Assembly: GCA_017622995.1 (NCBI GenBank)
Contig: JAGAQA010000024.1
Coordinates: 6,272 to 70,271, forward strand
DNA: 64,000 nt
Direction: 5' to 3'
Source of the DNA: Oscillospiraceae bacterium
Lineage (GTDB): Bacteria; Bacillota; Clostridia; Oscillospirales; Oscillospiraceae
Below are positions 28,949 to 37,239 of this stretch, piece by piece. The stretch's first letter is position 1; each line of letters opens with the position of its first letter. Position numbers and translations under genes: made by a program. Under the pieces are notes generated by a model. The model worked only from the letters and a program-made list of their open reading frames with translations, ran no database searches and was not told the origin of the DNA.

Positions 28949-29603
28949 CTATCGTCAGTTCCGACTGTCAAAAATAAATGAGCCCCAGTTCGCGCATTTG
29001 AAGCTGCTATTGGGCTGGGTCGTCTATTTTCTGTTCTATTTCCTGACTGAGAACTTTATCCCCGTGGAAAGCTGCCATGTGATCCACAGCGCACTGGATG
29101 ATTTGATTCCCTTCAACGAGTTCTTTTTCATTCCCTATTGCTTCTGGTATCTGCTGATTGTGATCTCTCTGGTGTATTTTGCCCTGTACGATGTGGAGAA
29201 TTTCAAAAATCTGCAAATCTTCATCATCATCACCCAGGTGGTGGCCATGACGGTGTACATCCTTTATCCCAGTGTTCAGGATCTGCGGCCTACGGAGTTT
29301 GCCAGGGACAATTTCTTTACCTGGCTGGCAAACATCGTCTATACCTTCGATACCCCCACCGGTGTCTGTCCCAGCCTGCACGTTGCCTATTCCCTGGGCA
29401 TCGGCTCCTGTTGGCTGAAGGAAAAGAGCGCCTCCAAACTCTGGAAAGGGTTTGTGGTGTTCAGCGTAATCCTCATCAGCCTTTCCACCGCCGTGGTCAA
29501 GCAGCATTCCGTCATCGATATTGCCGCCGCGCTGCCGGTGGGCCTGCTGGCGGAAATCCTGGTGTTCGGCAAATACTGGAAAAACAAGCTCCGGAACGCA
29601 TAA
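28929..29603 (+). CDS. PAP2-superfamily membrane phosphatase/phosphotransferase
   Basis: DDLIPFNEFF, DTPTGVCPSLHV and KQHSVID motifs; GTG start overlapping the previous gene. Confidence 0.82.
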   Translation: MKKPVVDYRQFRLSKINEPQFAHLKLLLGWVVYFLFYFLTENFIPVESCHVIHSALDDLIPFNEFFFIPYCFWYLLIVISLVYFALYDVENFKNLQIFIIITQVVAMTVYILYPSVQDLRPTEFARDNFFTWLANIVYTFDTPTGVCPSLHVAYSLGIGSCWLKEKSASKLWKGFVVFSVILISLSTAVVKQHSVIDIAAALPVGLLAEILVFGKYWKNKLRNA

Positions 29604-29889
29604 TCGCCCGAAAGGGCGATTTGAGCTTGTCGAAAAACCCCTTCGGGCTTTTCCGCCAGCTTTTGCAGTCTGCCGCGCGCATAATTTGTTCGCCGTAGGC
29701 GAACAAATTCCACACTTGCAGCCTGAGATGTATTTTCTGCCAGGTACAGAAGGTGAATTGCCCCGAAGGGGCTAGAGAAGCCACCCTGGGGTGCGCCCCG
29801 GCAGAAAATGATTGAATCTTTTTCGCTGCTAACGCAGCGAACTCTGCGAGGCTTTTTTGACAGTCTGTAATCGCCCGAAAGGGCGATTT
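29601..29889. mobile_element. 245-bp MITE-like insertion flanked by 22-bp direct repeats of a hairpin
   Basis: taatcgcccgaaagggcgattt at 29601-29622 and 29868-29889; inner ends gagcttgtcgaaaaa / ttttttgacagtctg form imperfect inverted repeats; several internal hairpins. Confidence 0.7.
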
Positions 29890-29951
29890 TTCTTTACATA
29901 CGGGCAGGAAAGTGGTAGGATAGAAACAGAAAAAACGAGGAGGGATGTTTT

Positions 29952-30650
29952 GTGAAACGCTCTGAAATCAACGCGGCTATTCGGGAAATGGAAGAAATGT
30001 GCGCAAAATGCGGCTTCCGGCTGCCGCCCTTCTGCGGCTATACACCCCAGCAGTGGCAGAACCTGGACAGCTCCTATGATGAAATCCGGGACTGCGGTCT
30101 GGGCTGGGACATTACGGACTACGGCCTGGGAGATTTTGAAAAGGTGGGCTTCTCCCTGGTGACCATCCGCAACGGCAACCGGGCCATGAAGGAGACCTAT
30201 CCCAAGGTCTACGCGGAAAAACTGCTGTATTTGAAGGAGGGCCAGTATTCCCCCAACCATTTCCACTGGTACAAAACGGAAGACATCATCAACCGGGGCG
30301 GCGGAACGGTGCTGATCAGGGTATACAACAGCCTGCCCAATGAAGAAATCGATTTGGAAACCCCCGTCACCGTGCATACCGATGGGCATACCTATACCGT
30401 TCCCGCAGGCTCCTGCATCCGCCTGACCCCCGGGGAGAGCATCCACATCCAGCAGCGCCTGTACCACGATTTCACTGTAGAGCCCGGCAGCGGCAATGTG
30501 CTGCTGGGAGAGGTGAGCCAGTGCAACGATGATGAGACCGACAACCGGTTTAACCCGCCGGTGGGTCGGTTCCCGGCCATTGAAGAGGATGAGCCCCCTT
30601 ACCGGCTTCTGTGCAACGAGTATCCAAAAGCCAGCAACTCCGCGCGATGA
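29952..30650 (+). CDS. D-lyxose/D-mannose family sugar isomerase (cupin)
   Basis: MKRSEINAAI, LGWDITDYG, YAEKLL, PNHFHWYKTEDIINRGGG, GEVSQCNDD..DNRF. Confidence 0.9.
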   Translation: MKRSEINAAIREMEEMCAKCGFRLPPFCGYTPQQWQNLDSSYDEIRDCGLGWDITDYGLGDFEKVGFSLVTIRNGNRAMKETYPKVYAEKLLYLKEGQYSPNHFHWYKTEDIINRGGGTVLIRVYNSLPNEEIDLETPVTVHTDGHTYTVPAGSCIRLTPGESIHIQQRLYHDFTVEPGSGNVLLGEVSQCNDDETDNRFNPPVGRFPAIEEDEPPYRLLCNEYPKASNSAR

Positions 30651-30721
30651 AAACGGCGGGCTTCGGTGGGTCGTTTGCCCAATGATGCGTGAAGTCGAAA
30701 GAAAAAACTCCCAGGCATTTT

Positions 30722-30764
30722 TGTTGCGGCGGCAACGGTGCCCGGGAGTTTTTCCGCTTATAAT
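30722..30764 (+). promoter_or_regulatory. Palindrome centred at about -41.5 of a TATAAT promoter (candidate Crp/Fnr-type site), embedded in a longer hairpin
   Basis: TGTTGC-ggcg-GCAACG at 30722-30737; TATAAT at 30759-30764. Confidence 0.4.
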
Positions 30765-30797
30765 GGTGCCATAAAAACAAAAACGGAGGATTAAGAT

Positions 30798-31478
30798 ATG
30801 ATTCGCAGAATTATTGAGATTGACCGGGAAAAGTGCAACGGCTGCGGCCTGTGCGTTACCGCCTGCCATGAAGGTGCCATTGCCCTGATCGGCGGAAAAG
30901 CCTATCTTGCCAGAGAACATTACTGCGACGGTTTGGGAGACTGCCTGCCCGGCTGCCCCACCGGGGCCATCACCTTTGTGGAGCGGGAGGCGCCTGCCTA
31001 TGATGAAGCCGCCGTGCGGAAAGCCAAGGCGGAAAAGGCTGCTGCCCACCAGGGCTGCCCCGGCTCCCGCACACAGAAGCTGGCTCCCCAGGCGCCCACC
31101 CAGGGCAGCTGTCCCAGCCAGCTCCGGCAGTGGCCGGTGCAGATCAAGCTGGTGCCGGTGCAGGCACCTTGGTTTGACGGTGCCCATGTGCTGATTGCCG
31201 CGGACTGCACCGCCTACGCCTACGGCGACTTCCACCGGGATTTTCTGCGGGGGAAGATTCTGCTGGTTGGCTGCCCCAAGCTGGACCAGGGCGACTACAG
31301 CGAGAAGCTGACGAAGATCTTTGCTTCCAATTCCCTGGCTTCCGTTACGGTGCTGCGGATGGAGGTGCCCTGCTGCGGCGGTTTGGAGCGGGCGGTGAAA
31401 GCGGCCATTGCGGCCTCCGGCAAGGAGCTCCCCTGTCAGGTGACCACCATTACCACAGACGGAAAAATCAAGGAATAA
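30798..31478 (+). CDS. 4Fe-4S dicluster protein (often hcp/Crp-associated type)
   Basis: CNGCGLCVTAC and CDGLGDCLPGCP clusters; GCPGS, LRQWPVQIKLV, GCPKLD and MEVPCC motifs. Confidence 0.85.
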   Translation: MIRRIIEIDREKCNGCGLCVTACHEGAIALIGGKAYLAREHYCDGLGDCLPGCPTGAITFVEREAPAYDEAAVRKAKAEKAAAHQGCPGSRTQKLAPQAPTQGSCPSQLRQWPVQIKLVPVQAPWFDGAHVLIAADCTAYAYGDFHRDFLRGKILLVGCPKLDQGDYSEKLTKIFASNSLASVTVLRMEVPCCGGLERAVKAAIAASGKELPCQVTTITTDGKIKE

Positions 31479-31519
31479 AGGCTCCGCTGGGGCTGCTGAT
31501 TTGCAATATCTTTTCAACA

Positions 31520-31553
31520 AAAAACACCGGAAGCAATTGCTTCCGGTGTTTTT
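31520..31553. terminator. Bidirectional terminator between convergent genes
   Basis: Perfect palindrome aaaaacaccggaagc-aatt-gcttccggtgttttt. Confidence 0.85.
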
Positions 31554-31562
31554 CAGAACAAA

Positions 31563-31841
31563 TTAGCCGTTGGCACGCATCTGAGCGAAGCACTCGCTGC
31601 AGAATACAGGGCGATCGGACTTGGGCTGGAAGGGCACCTTGGCCTCGCCGCCGCAGCGTGCGCAGGTAGCGGTGAAGAACTCACGGGGACCACGAGCGTT
31701 GTTCTTGCGAGCGTCACGGCAGGCCTTGCAGCGCTGGGGCTCATTCTGGAAGCCGCGCTCTGCGTAGAACTCCTGCTCACCGGCGGTGAACACGAACTCC
31801 TTGCCGCAATCCTTGCAAACTAAAGTCTTGTCTTCGTACAT
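31563..31841 (-). CDS. Zinc-ribbon / CxxC-x17-CxxC domain protein
   Basis: MYEDKTLVCKDCGKEFVFTAGEQEFYAERGFQNEPQRCKACR...CARCG..KVPFQPKSDRPVFCSEC. Confidence 0.9.
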   Translation of the reverse strand: MYEDKTLVCKDCGKEFVFTAGEQEFYAERGFQNEPQRCKACRDARKNNARGPREFFTATCARCGGEAKVPFQPKSDRPVFCSECFAQMRANG

Positions 31842-31942
31842 TGGAAATACCTCTCTTCGGTTTTTTGCCCCGTGAAAATCTACCAGGAATGGTTGTAACG
31901 CAGGGTGAATAAAATACGCGGCACATAAACACCGCATGTTGA

Positions 31943-31971
31943 ATTATACACAGGATCGGTTCTTTTGTCAA
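31943..31971 (-). promoter_or_regulatory. Consensus sigma-A promoter of the zinc-ribbon gene
   Basis: Minus-strand TTGACA-17bp-TATAAT. Confidence 0.75.
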
Positions 31972-32068
31972 TCCTTTATAGAATTTTTTGCCCAAGAATT
32001 TCAGATTTATGCAATATTTCCATAGGCTAATCCGGGAATTTGGTAAAAAGAACCAGAAAACCTTTCCC

Positions 32069-33106
32069 TTACAGGCTGAAAGAGGTCTGGCCCTCAAAGG
32101 GAATGTGCAGGTGCTCATAGGCCAGGGGTGTGACGCACCGGCCCCGGGGGGTCCGGGTCAGGAAGCCCAGCTGCATCAGGTAGGGCTCATACACATCCTC
32201 CAGGGTTACGGCCTCCTCGCCGATGGTGGCAGCCAGGGTTTCCAGGCCCACGGGGCCCCCGCCATAGTTGCGGATGATGGCGGTGAGCATCCGCCGATCG
32301 ATAACATCCAGTCCCAGCTTGTCCACCTCCAGCCGCTGCAGGGCCAGGTCCGCTGCCTCTTTTGTGATGGTGCCGTCCCCCATAACCTGGGCAAAGTCCC
32401 GCACCCGCCGCAGGAACCGGTTGGCAATTCTCGGTGTGCCCCGACTCCGGGAGGCAATCTCCATGGCACCTTCCGGTTCAATGGGCATCCCCAGAATGGT
32501 GGCCGAACGGGTGACAATGGCCGCCAGCTCCTCCGGCGTGTAGAGCTCCAGCCGCAGAGAAACGCCGAACCGGTCCCGCAGAGGGGCGGAGAGCTGCCCG
32601 GCCCGGGTGGTGGCCCCCACCAGGGTGAATTTCGGCAGATCCAGACGGATGGAGTTGGCGCTGGGACCCTTTCCCACAATGATGTCGATGGCGAAGTCCT
32701 CCATGGCCGGATACAGAATTTCTTCCACGACCCGGTTCAGACGGTGGATTTCATCGATAAAAAGAATGTCTCCGGCGTTCAGGTTGGTCAGCAGTGCCGC
32801 CAGATCGCCGGGTTTTTCAATGGCGGGGCCGGAGGTAATGCGGATGCCCGCCCCCATTTCGTTGGCAATGACACCGGCCAATGTGGTTTTGCCCAGACCC
32901 GGAGGGCCGTAGAGCAGCACATGGTCCAGGGGCTCATTCCGCCGCCGGGCAGCTTCGATGTACACAGACAGGTTCCCCTTGGCCTTTTCCTGACCGGTGT
33001 AGTCGGAGAGCAGCTTGGGCCGCAGACCGATTTCACCGGCATCCTGGGCGGTATAGGTAGGCAGAACCAGGGTATCCTCCGGTTCCTGAGAAAATTCCAG
33101 ACTCAT
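32069..33106 (-). CDS. ruvB: Holliday junction branch migration helicase RuvB
   Basis: [51 protein letters not shown]. Confidence 0.97.
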   Translation of the reverse strand: MSLEFSQEPEDTLVLPTYTAQDAGEIGLRPKLLSDYTGQEKAKGNLSVYIEAARRRNEPLDHVLLYGPPGLGKTTLAGVIANEMGAGIRITSGPAIEKPGDLAALLTNLNAGDILFIDEIHRLNRVVEEILYPAMEDFAIDIIVGKGPSANSIRLDLPKFTLVGATTRAGQLSAPLRDRFGVSLRLELYTPEELAAIVTRSATILGMPIEPEGAMEIASRSRGTPRIANRFLRRVRDFAQVMGDGTITKEAADLALQRLEVDKLGLDVIDRRMLTAIIRNYGGGPVGLETLAATIGEEAVTLEDVYEPYLMQLGFLTRTPRGRCVTPLAYEHLHIPFEGQTSFSL

Positions 33107-33112
33107 AGCGCG

Positions 33113-33715
33113 TTATCCTTTCATGACCATGGCCCGCAGAGCGTGGCGAACCATATCCTCGGTGCTGGCCTGAGGGTCCACGCCCTTTAATGCGGCGTTG
33201 ATTTCGGCGGGGGAATAGCCCAGCTCCTGCAAAGCGGCATTGGCCAGTGCCAAATTGCTGCCCTGCTGCACCGGAGCGGCCACAGAACCGCCGGAGAAGT
33301 CCAGCTCCATGCTGGCCCCGCCGATTTTGTCCCGCAGCTCCAGAATGATGCGCTGGGCCAGCTTTTTGCCCACGCCCTGGGCGGCGGTGAGCATTTTTTC
33401 GTCCCCCGTCATCACGGCCAGGGTGAAGTTCTGGGGACCGCCGGCGGAAAGAATGGCCATGGCGGCTTTGGGTCCCACGCCGTTGACGGCGGTGAGCAGC
33501 TCATAGCAGCGCTGCTCTTCCCGGGACGCAAAGCCGTAGAGGTCAAACGCATCCTCCCGGATGGATTCCGTAATGAAGAGCTTGGCGGCGGCATTCAGTT
33601 TCAGCTGGGAAGCGGTATAGGCGGTCACCCGGCAGCCGTAGCCCACGCCGCCGCAGTCAATGACGGCCAGCCCCGGCTCCAGCACGGTGACGGTGCCGGA
33701 AAGATAGTAGAGCAT
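33113..33715 (-). CDS. ruvA: Holliday junction DNA-binding protein RuvA
   Basis: DCGGVGY, IREDAFDLYGF, VNGVGPKAA, GVGKKLAQRIILELRDK. Confidence 0.95.
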   Translation of the reverse strand: MLYYLSGTVTVLEPGLAVIDCGGVGYGCRVTAYTASQLKLNAAAKLFITESIREDAFDLYGFASREEQRCYELLTAVNGVGPKAAMAILSAGGPQNFTLAVMTGDEKMLTAAQGVGKKLAQRIILELRDKIGGASMELDFSGGSVAAPVQQGSNLALANAALQELGYSPAEINAALKGVDPQASTEDMVRHALRAMVMKG

Positions 33716-33829
33716 GGGAAATCTCCTTAATTGGATAAAGTGGAAGTTGTTGAATGGACAATTGACAATTGTTCATTGTCAATGCAAATCACGATCCCAA
33801 ATGTTGCGAATGACTGTAGTACGAACGGA

Positions 33830-33948
33830 TTTGTCATCCTGAGCGAGCGCAGCGAGTCGAAGGATCTTCTACGTTCGCCCAGCAGTACGGTCAAATCACG
33901 GAAAAGATCCTTCGACTGCGCGCTTCGCGCTCCGCTCAGGATGACAAA
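33830..33948. repeat. REPIN-like long inverted repeat between ruvC and ruvA
   Basis: tttgtcatcctgagcgagcgcagcgagtcgaaggatct ... agatccttcgactgcgcgcttcgcgctccgctcaggatgacaaa; heptamer-type ggacaattgacaattgttcattgtcaat lies nearby (~33765-33783). Confidence 0.8.
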
Positions 33949-34033
33949 CGTTTCCGTTATTCCAGCGTCTTCCGTATTTCAACTCTTGATTCGTATTGTC
34001 AATTCGATAATTTCTTATTTGACGTACCGCCCT

Positions 34034-34528
34034 TTACTTCCCCGCCAGGGCCAGCAGGGATGTGGAGGAGCGGGCGTGGCACAGGGCGATGGCCACCGCG
34101 TCGGCGGCATCGTCGGGCTTTGGCACCGCGGACAGGTGGAGGATTCGTTTGGTCATATCCATTACCTGATGCTTGCTGGCATTGCCGTAGCCCACCACGG
34201 ACTGCTTGACCTGCATGGGCTTGTATTCAAACACCGGGACATTTGCCTGCTGAACGGCAAGGAGAATCACGCCTCTGGCCTGGGCGACCTTGATGCCCGT
34301 GGTTACGTTGTTGCCGAAGAACAGCTCTTCAATGGCCACCGCGTCGGGCTTTGCCAAAAGCATCAGCTCCGTCATATTGTTGTAGATCTCCCCCAGACGC
34401 CAGGAAAAGTCCGTGTTCGGAGGGGTGGTGATGGCGCCGCAGCGCAGCAGACGGCAGATGCCCCGGTCCGCTTCAATCAGTCCGAAACCGGTGATGCCGT
34501 AGCCGGGATCAATACCGAGAATCCGCAT
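34034..34528 (-). CDS. ruvC: Holliday junction resolvase RuvC
   Basis: MRILGIDPG, AIEELFF, QARGV, VGYGNASKHQV, PKPDDAADAVAIALCH. Confidence 0.96.
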   Translation of the reverse strand: MRILGIDPGYGITGFGLIEADRGICRLLRCGAITTPPNTDFSWRLGEIYNNMTELMLLAKPDAVAIEELFFGNNVTTGIKVAQARGVILLAVQQANVPVFEYKPMQVKQSVVGYGNASKHQVMDMTKRILHLSAVPKPDDAADAVAIALCHARSSTSLLALAGK

Positions 34529-34671
34529 TACAGCCCACCCCGGCTGATGGCCACGATCTGATAGATCACGAAGACAACAAAGACCACAAGACCGATCCGG
34601 GCCAACCATACTTCCCCTTTGGGCCGGGGCCTGTAGCCTTCTTCCTGCTGCTCCTGCCGGTCGTTTTCCAT
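34528..34671 (-). CDS. Small (47 aa) single-pass membrane protein coupled to ruvC (absent from the ORF track)
   Basis: MENDRQEQQEEGYRPRPKGEVWLARIGLVVFVVFVIYQIVAISRGGL; GAGGTG RBS; stop overlaps the ruvC start as TAATG. Confidence 0.65.
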   Translation of the reverse strand: MENDRQEQQEEGYRPRPKGEVWLARIGLVVFVVFVIYQIVAISRGGL

Positions 34672-34807
34672 ATTTGTTCACCTCAAGGGTTATCATATCA
34701 CATCCCAGCGAAAAAACCAACTTCTTTTCAAGAAATTTTCAAACGAAAGTTCAGGTGAATAGCTCTGCCAATCCTGGGAAATACTGTGGCTGGAAGGCGG
34801 TGGGGCA

Positions 34808-35890
34808 ATGGAAGAGTTTCAGTGCGGCACCCGGATCGTTGCCGGAGAAGGCGCGGTAAAGGTGCTGCGGGAGTATGGGGCCAAGCGGGTATTTGTGGTG
34901 ACGGATCCCTATTTCTTCAAAAACGGTATGGCCCGGACTGTGGCCCAGGAAACCGGGGCCAGTCAGACGGAATTTTTCGCGGATGTGAAGCCGGACCCCA
35001 CAGTGGAGCTGGCGGCGGAGGGAACGGCCAGATTAAAGGCCTTTGGGCCGGATTTGCTGGTGGCGCTGGGGGGCGGCAGCGCCATGGACTGCGCCAAAGC
35101 CATGGCCTATTTCAGCCAGGGCTCTTTCCCGCTGGCGGCCATTCCCACCACCTCGGGGTCCGGCAGCGAAGTAACGGATTTCGCGGTGCTGACCCATGGG
35201 GATACCAAGTATCCCCTGGTGGATAAGCGCCTGCAGCCGGACCTGGCGATTCTGGACAGCTTCTTTCTGCGGGAGCTGCCCCCGGGGCTCATCGCCGATA
35301 CGGGGTTTGATGTGCTGACCCATGCGGTGGAAGGGTTCACCGCCACCGGCGCCGGAATGATTACAGACCTCTATGCCCAGGAGGCCTTCCGGGTGGCCTA
35401 CGGCTGCCTGCCGGCATCCTTTGCGGGCCGGCAGGAGGTACGGCTCAGAATGCACATGGCTTCCTGCATGGCGGGGCTTTCCTTCTCCCGGGCGGGACTG
35501 GGACTGTGCCACGCCATGTCCCACAGCCTGGGAGCCCGGTTCCATGTGCCCCACGGAAGGCTCAATGCCATCCTGCTGCCGGCGGTTATCGGCAGCAACG
35601 GGGCCTGCTGTCAGAAAAAGTATGCCGTTCTGGCCCGGGCGGCGGGCATGAGCGGCAGCAGCGACGGGGTGGCTCTGCGGAATCTGCGCAGCGGCCTTGT
35701 GCGGCTCCGGCGGGAGCTGAACCTGCCGGCAACGCTGGCAGCGGCCGGTGTGGCCCCCGGAAGGGTATGGAACGCTCTGGACGACATTGTAAAAGCCGTG
35801 CTGGCGGACCCCTGCTGCAAGACCAATCCCATGCCGGTTGAGGACTTCCAGGTGCGGCGGATCCTGGAGGAGGTGACCGGCCATATCTGA
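34808..35890 (+). CDS. eutG: Iron-containing alcohol dehydrogenase (EutG-like)
   Basis: ALGGGSAMDCAK, IPTTSGSGSEVT, DVLTHAVE, GLCHAMSH, VPHGRLNA; first gene of the eut locus. Confidence 0.8.
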   Translation: MEEFQCGTRIVAGEGAVKVLREYGAKRVFVVTDPYFFKNGMARTVAQETGASQTEFFADVKPDPTVELAAEGTARLKAFGPDLLVALGGGSAMDCAKAMAYFSQGSFPLAAIPTTSGSGSEVTDFAVLTHGDTKYPLVDKRLQPDLAILDSFFLRELPPGLIADTGFDVLTHAVEGFTATGAGMITDLYAQEAFRVAYGCLPASFAGRQEVRLRMHMASCMAGLSFSRAGLGLCHAMSHSLGARFHVPHGRLNAILLPAVIGSNGACCQKKYAVLARAAGMSGSSDGVALRNLRSGLVRLRRELNLPATLAAAGVAPGRVWNALDDIVKAVLADPCCKTNPMPVEDFQVRRILEEVTGHI

Positions 35891-37223
35891 GCTGTTAAGC
35901 GTTGGTCTGGATGTGGGCACCACTTCCACTCAGCTGATCGTATCCCGGCTGACGGTGGAAAACCGGGCCTCCGCCTTCGCTGTGCCGGATATGGCCATTG
36001 CGTCCCGGCAGGTGCTCTATGAAAGCCCGGTACACTTTACGCCCCTGCTGGATGAAAGCCATGTGGACGAGGACCGGCTGCGCCGCCTGGTGCAAAGCGA
36101 GTACGCCTCCGCCGGAATCACCCGGGAGCTGGTGGATACCGGCGCCGTCATCGTCACCGGGGAGACCAGCCGGAAGGAGAATGCCCAGGCGGTGACCCGG
36201 GCTCTTTCGGATCTTGCCGGGGACTTTGTGGTGGCAACCGCCGGGCCGGATCTGGAAAGTGTTCTGGCTGCCCGGGGCTCCGGCGCGGTGGACTACAGCG
36301 AGAACACAGGGAAGACCCTGCTGCATATGGACATCGGCGGCGGCACGGCCAATCTGGCTCTGATCCGGAAAGGCGTCATTGTGAAAACCGGCTGCCTGAA
36401 TGTGGGGGGGCGGCTGGTCAAATTCCGGGAGGACGGCACCATCCGCTATGTTTCCCCGGTGCTGGAGGGCCTCTGGGAAAGCGGGGATACGGAGGAGCTG
36501 TGCCGCTGTCTGGCAAAGACGCTGGAAGCGGCTGCCGGGCTGGGGGAATCCCCCTGGCTGAAGGCGCTGACAACCGCGGGAACTGCGTCCCTGCCCCTGA
36601 ATGACCCGGGGGAGCCGGTGGTTCCCTCCTTCTCCGGAGGCGTGGCGGACTGTATTTCCAAAACCTATCCCCCAAGGGCCTTTGGGGACATTGGTCCAAC
36701 CCTTGGAAAATGTATCCGGGAGAGCAGACTCTGCCATGGGGAATACTACCTGGGGAGCCAGACCATCCGGGCCACGGTCATCGGGGCAGGCTGCCACAGC
36801 GCCATGCTTTCCGGCAGCACGGTGTTCTGCCAGAATGTGGCGCTGCCGCTGAAAAACCTGAGTGTGGTGCATCTGGATAGGGAAGACCAGACTGCTATGG
36901 GTCCGGTGCTTACCCAGGCGGCAAAGACCCAGGAAGGGCCCTGGGTGCTGGCGCTGCCGGGGTACACGGCCCCGGATTACGGCAGGGTTTCGGCTCTGGC
37001 GGAGGAGCTCCTCCGCTTTCTGGCAGGAAAGCCAATGCTTCTGTGCCTGGAGGCGGATATGGCCAAGGCCCTGGGCCAGGCCCTGGCACTGCGGGCGGGA
37101 AAGGACGCGGAGATTCTTTGCATCGATCGGGTGCGCCTGCCCAAAGGCAGCTATCTGGATGTGGGGGCTCCCGTGGGCCCCGCCTTCCCGGTGGTGGTGA
37201 AAACCCTGGTATTTGGAACGTGA
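35883..37223 (+). CDS. eutA: Ethanolamine ammonia-lyase reactivating factor EutA (apparent ATA start)
   Basis: In-frame ATA TCT GAG CTG TTA AGC GTT GGT CTG GAT GTG GGC ACC gives SELLSVGLDVGTTSTQ; also VTGETSRKENA, DFVVATAGPDLES, DIGGGTAN and TIRATVIGAG. Confidence 0.85.
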   Translation: MSELLSVGLDVGTTSTQLIVSRLTVENRASAFAVPDMAIASRQVLYESPVHFTPLLDESHVDEDRLRRLVQSEYASAGITRELVDTGAVIVTGETSRKENAQAVTRALSDLAGDFVVATAGPDLESVLAARGSGAVDYSENTGKTLLHMDIGGGTANLALIRKGVIVKTGCLNVGGRLVKFREDGTIRYVSPVLEGLWESGDTEELCRCLAKTLEAAAGLGESPWLKALTTAGTASLPLNDPGEPVVPSFSGGVADCISKTYPPRAFGDIGPTLGKCIRESRLCHGEYYLGSQTIRATVIGAGCHSAMLSGSTVFCQNVALPLKNLSVVHLDREDQTAMGPVLTQAAKTQEGPWVLALPGYTAPDYGRVSALAEELLRFLAGKPMLLCLEADMAKALGQALALRAGKDAEILCIDRVRLPKGSYLDVGAPVGPAFPVVVKTLVFGT

Positions 37224-37239
37224 AAGGCAGGAAACAGCA

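Noticed and set aside
34672-34807. Cobalamin riboswitch or ANTAR hairpins upstream of the eut locus
   Set aside because: The gap is only 137 bp, is shared with the ruv promoter, and shows no B12-box or twin-hairpin motif that I could recognise
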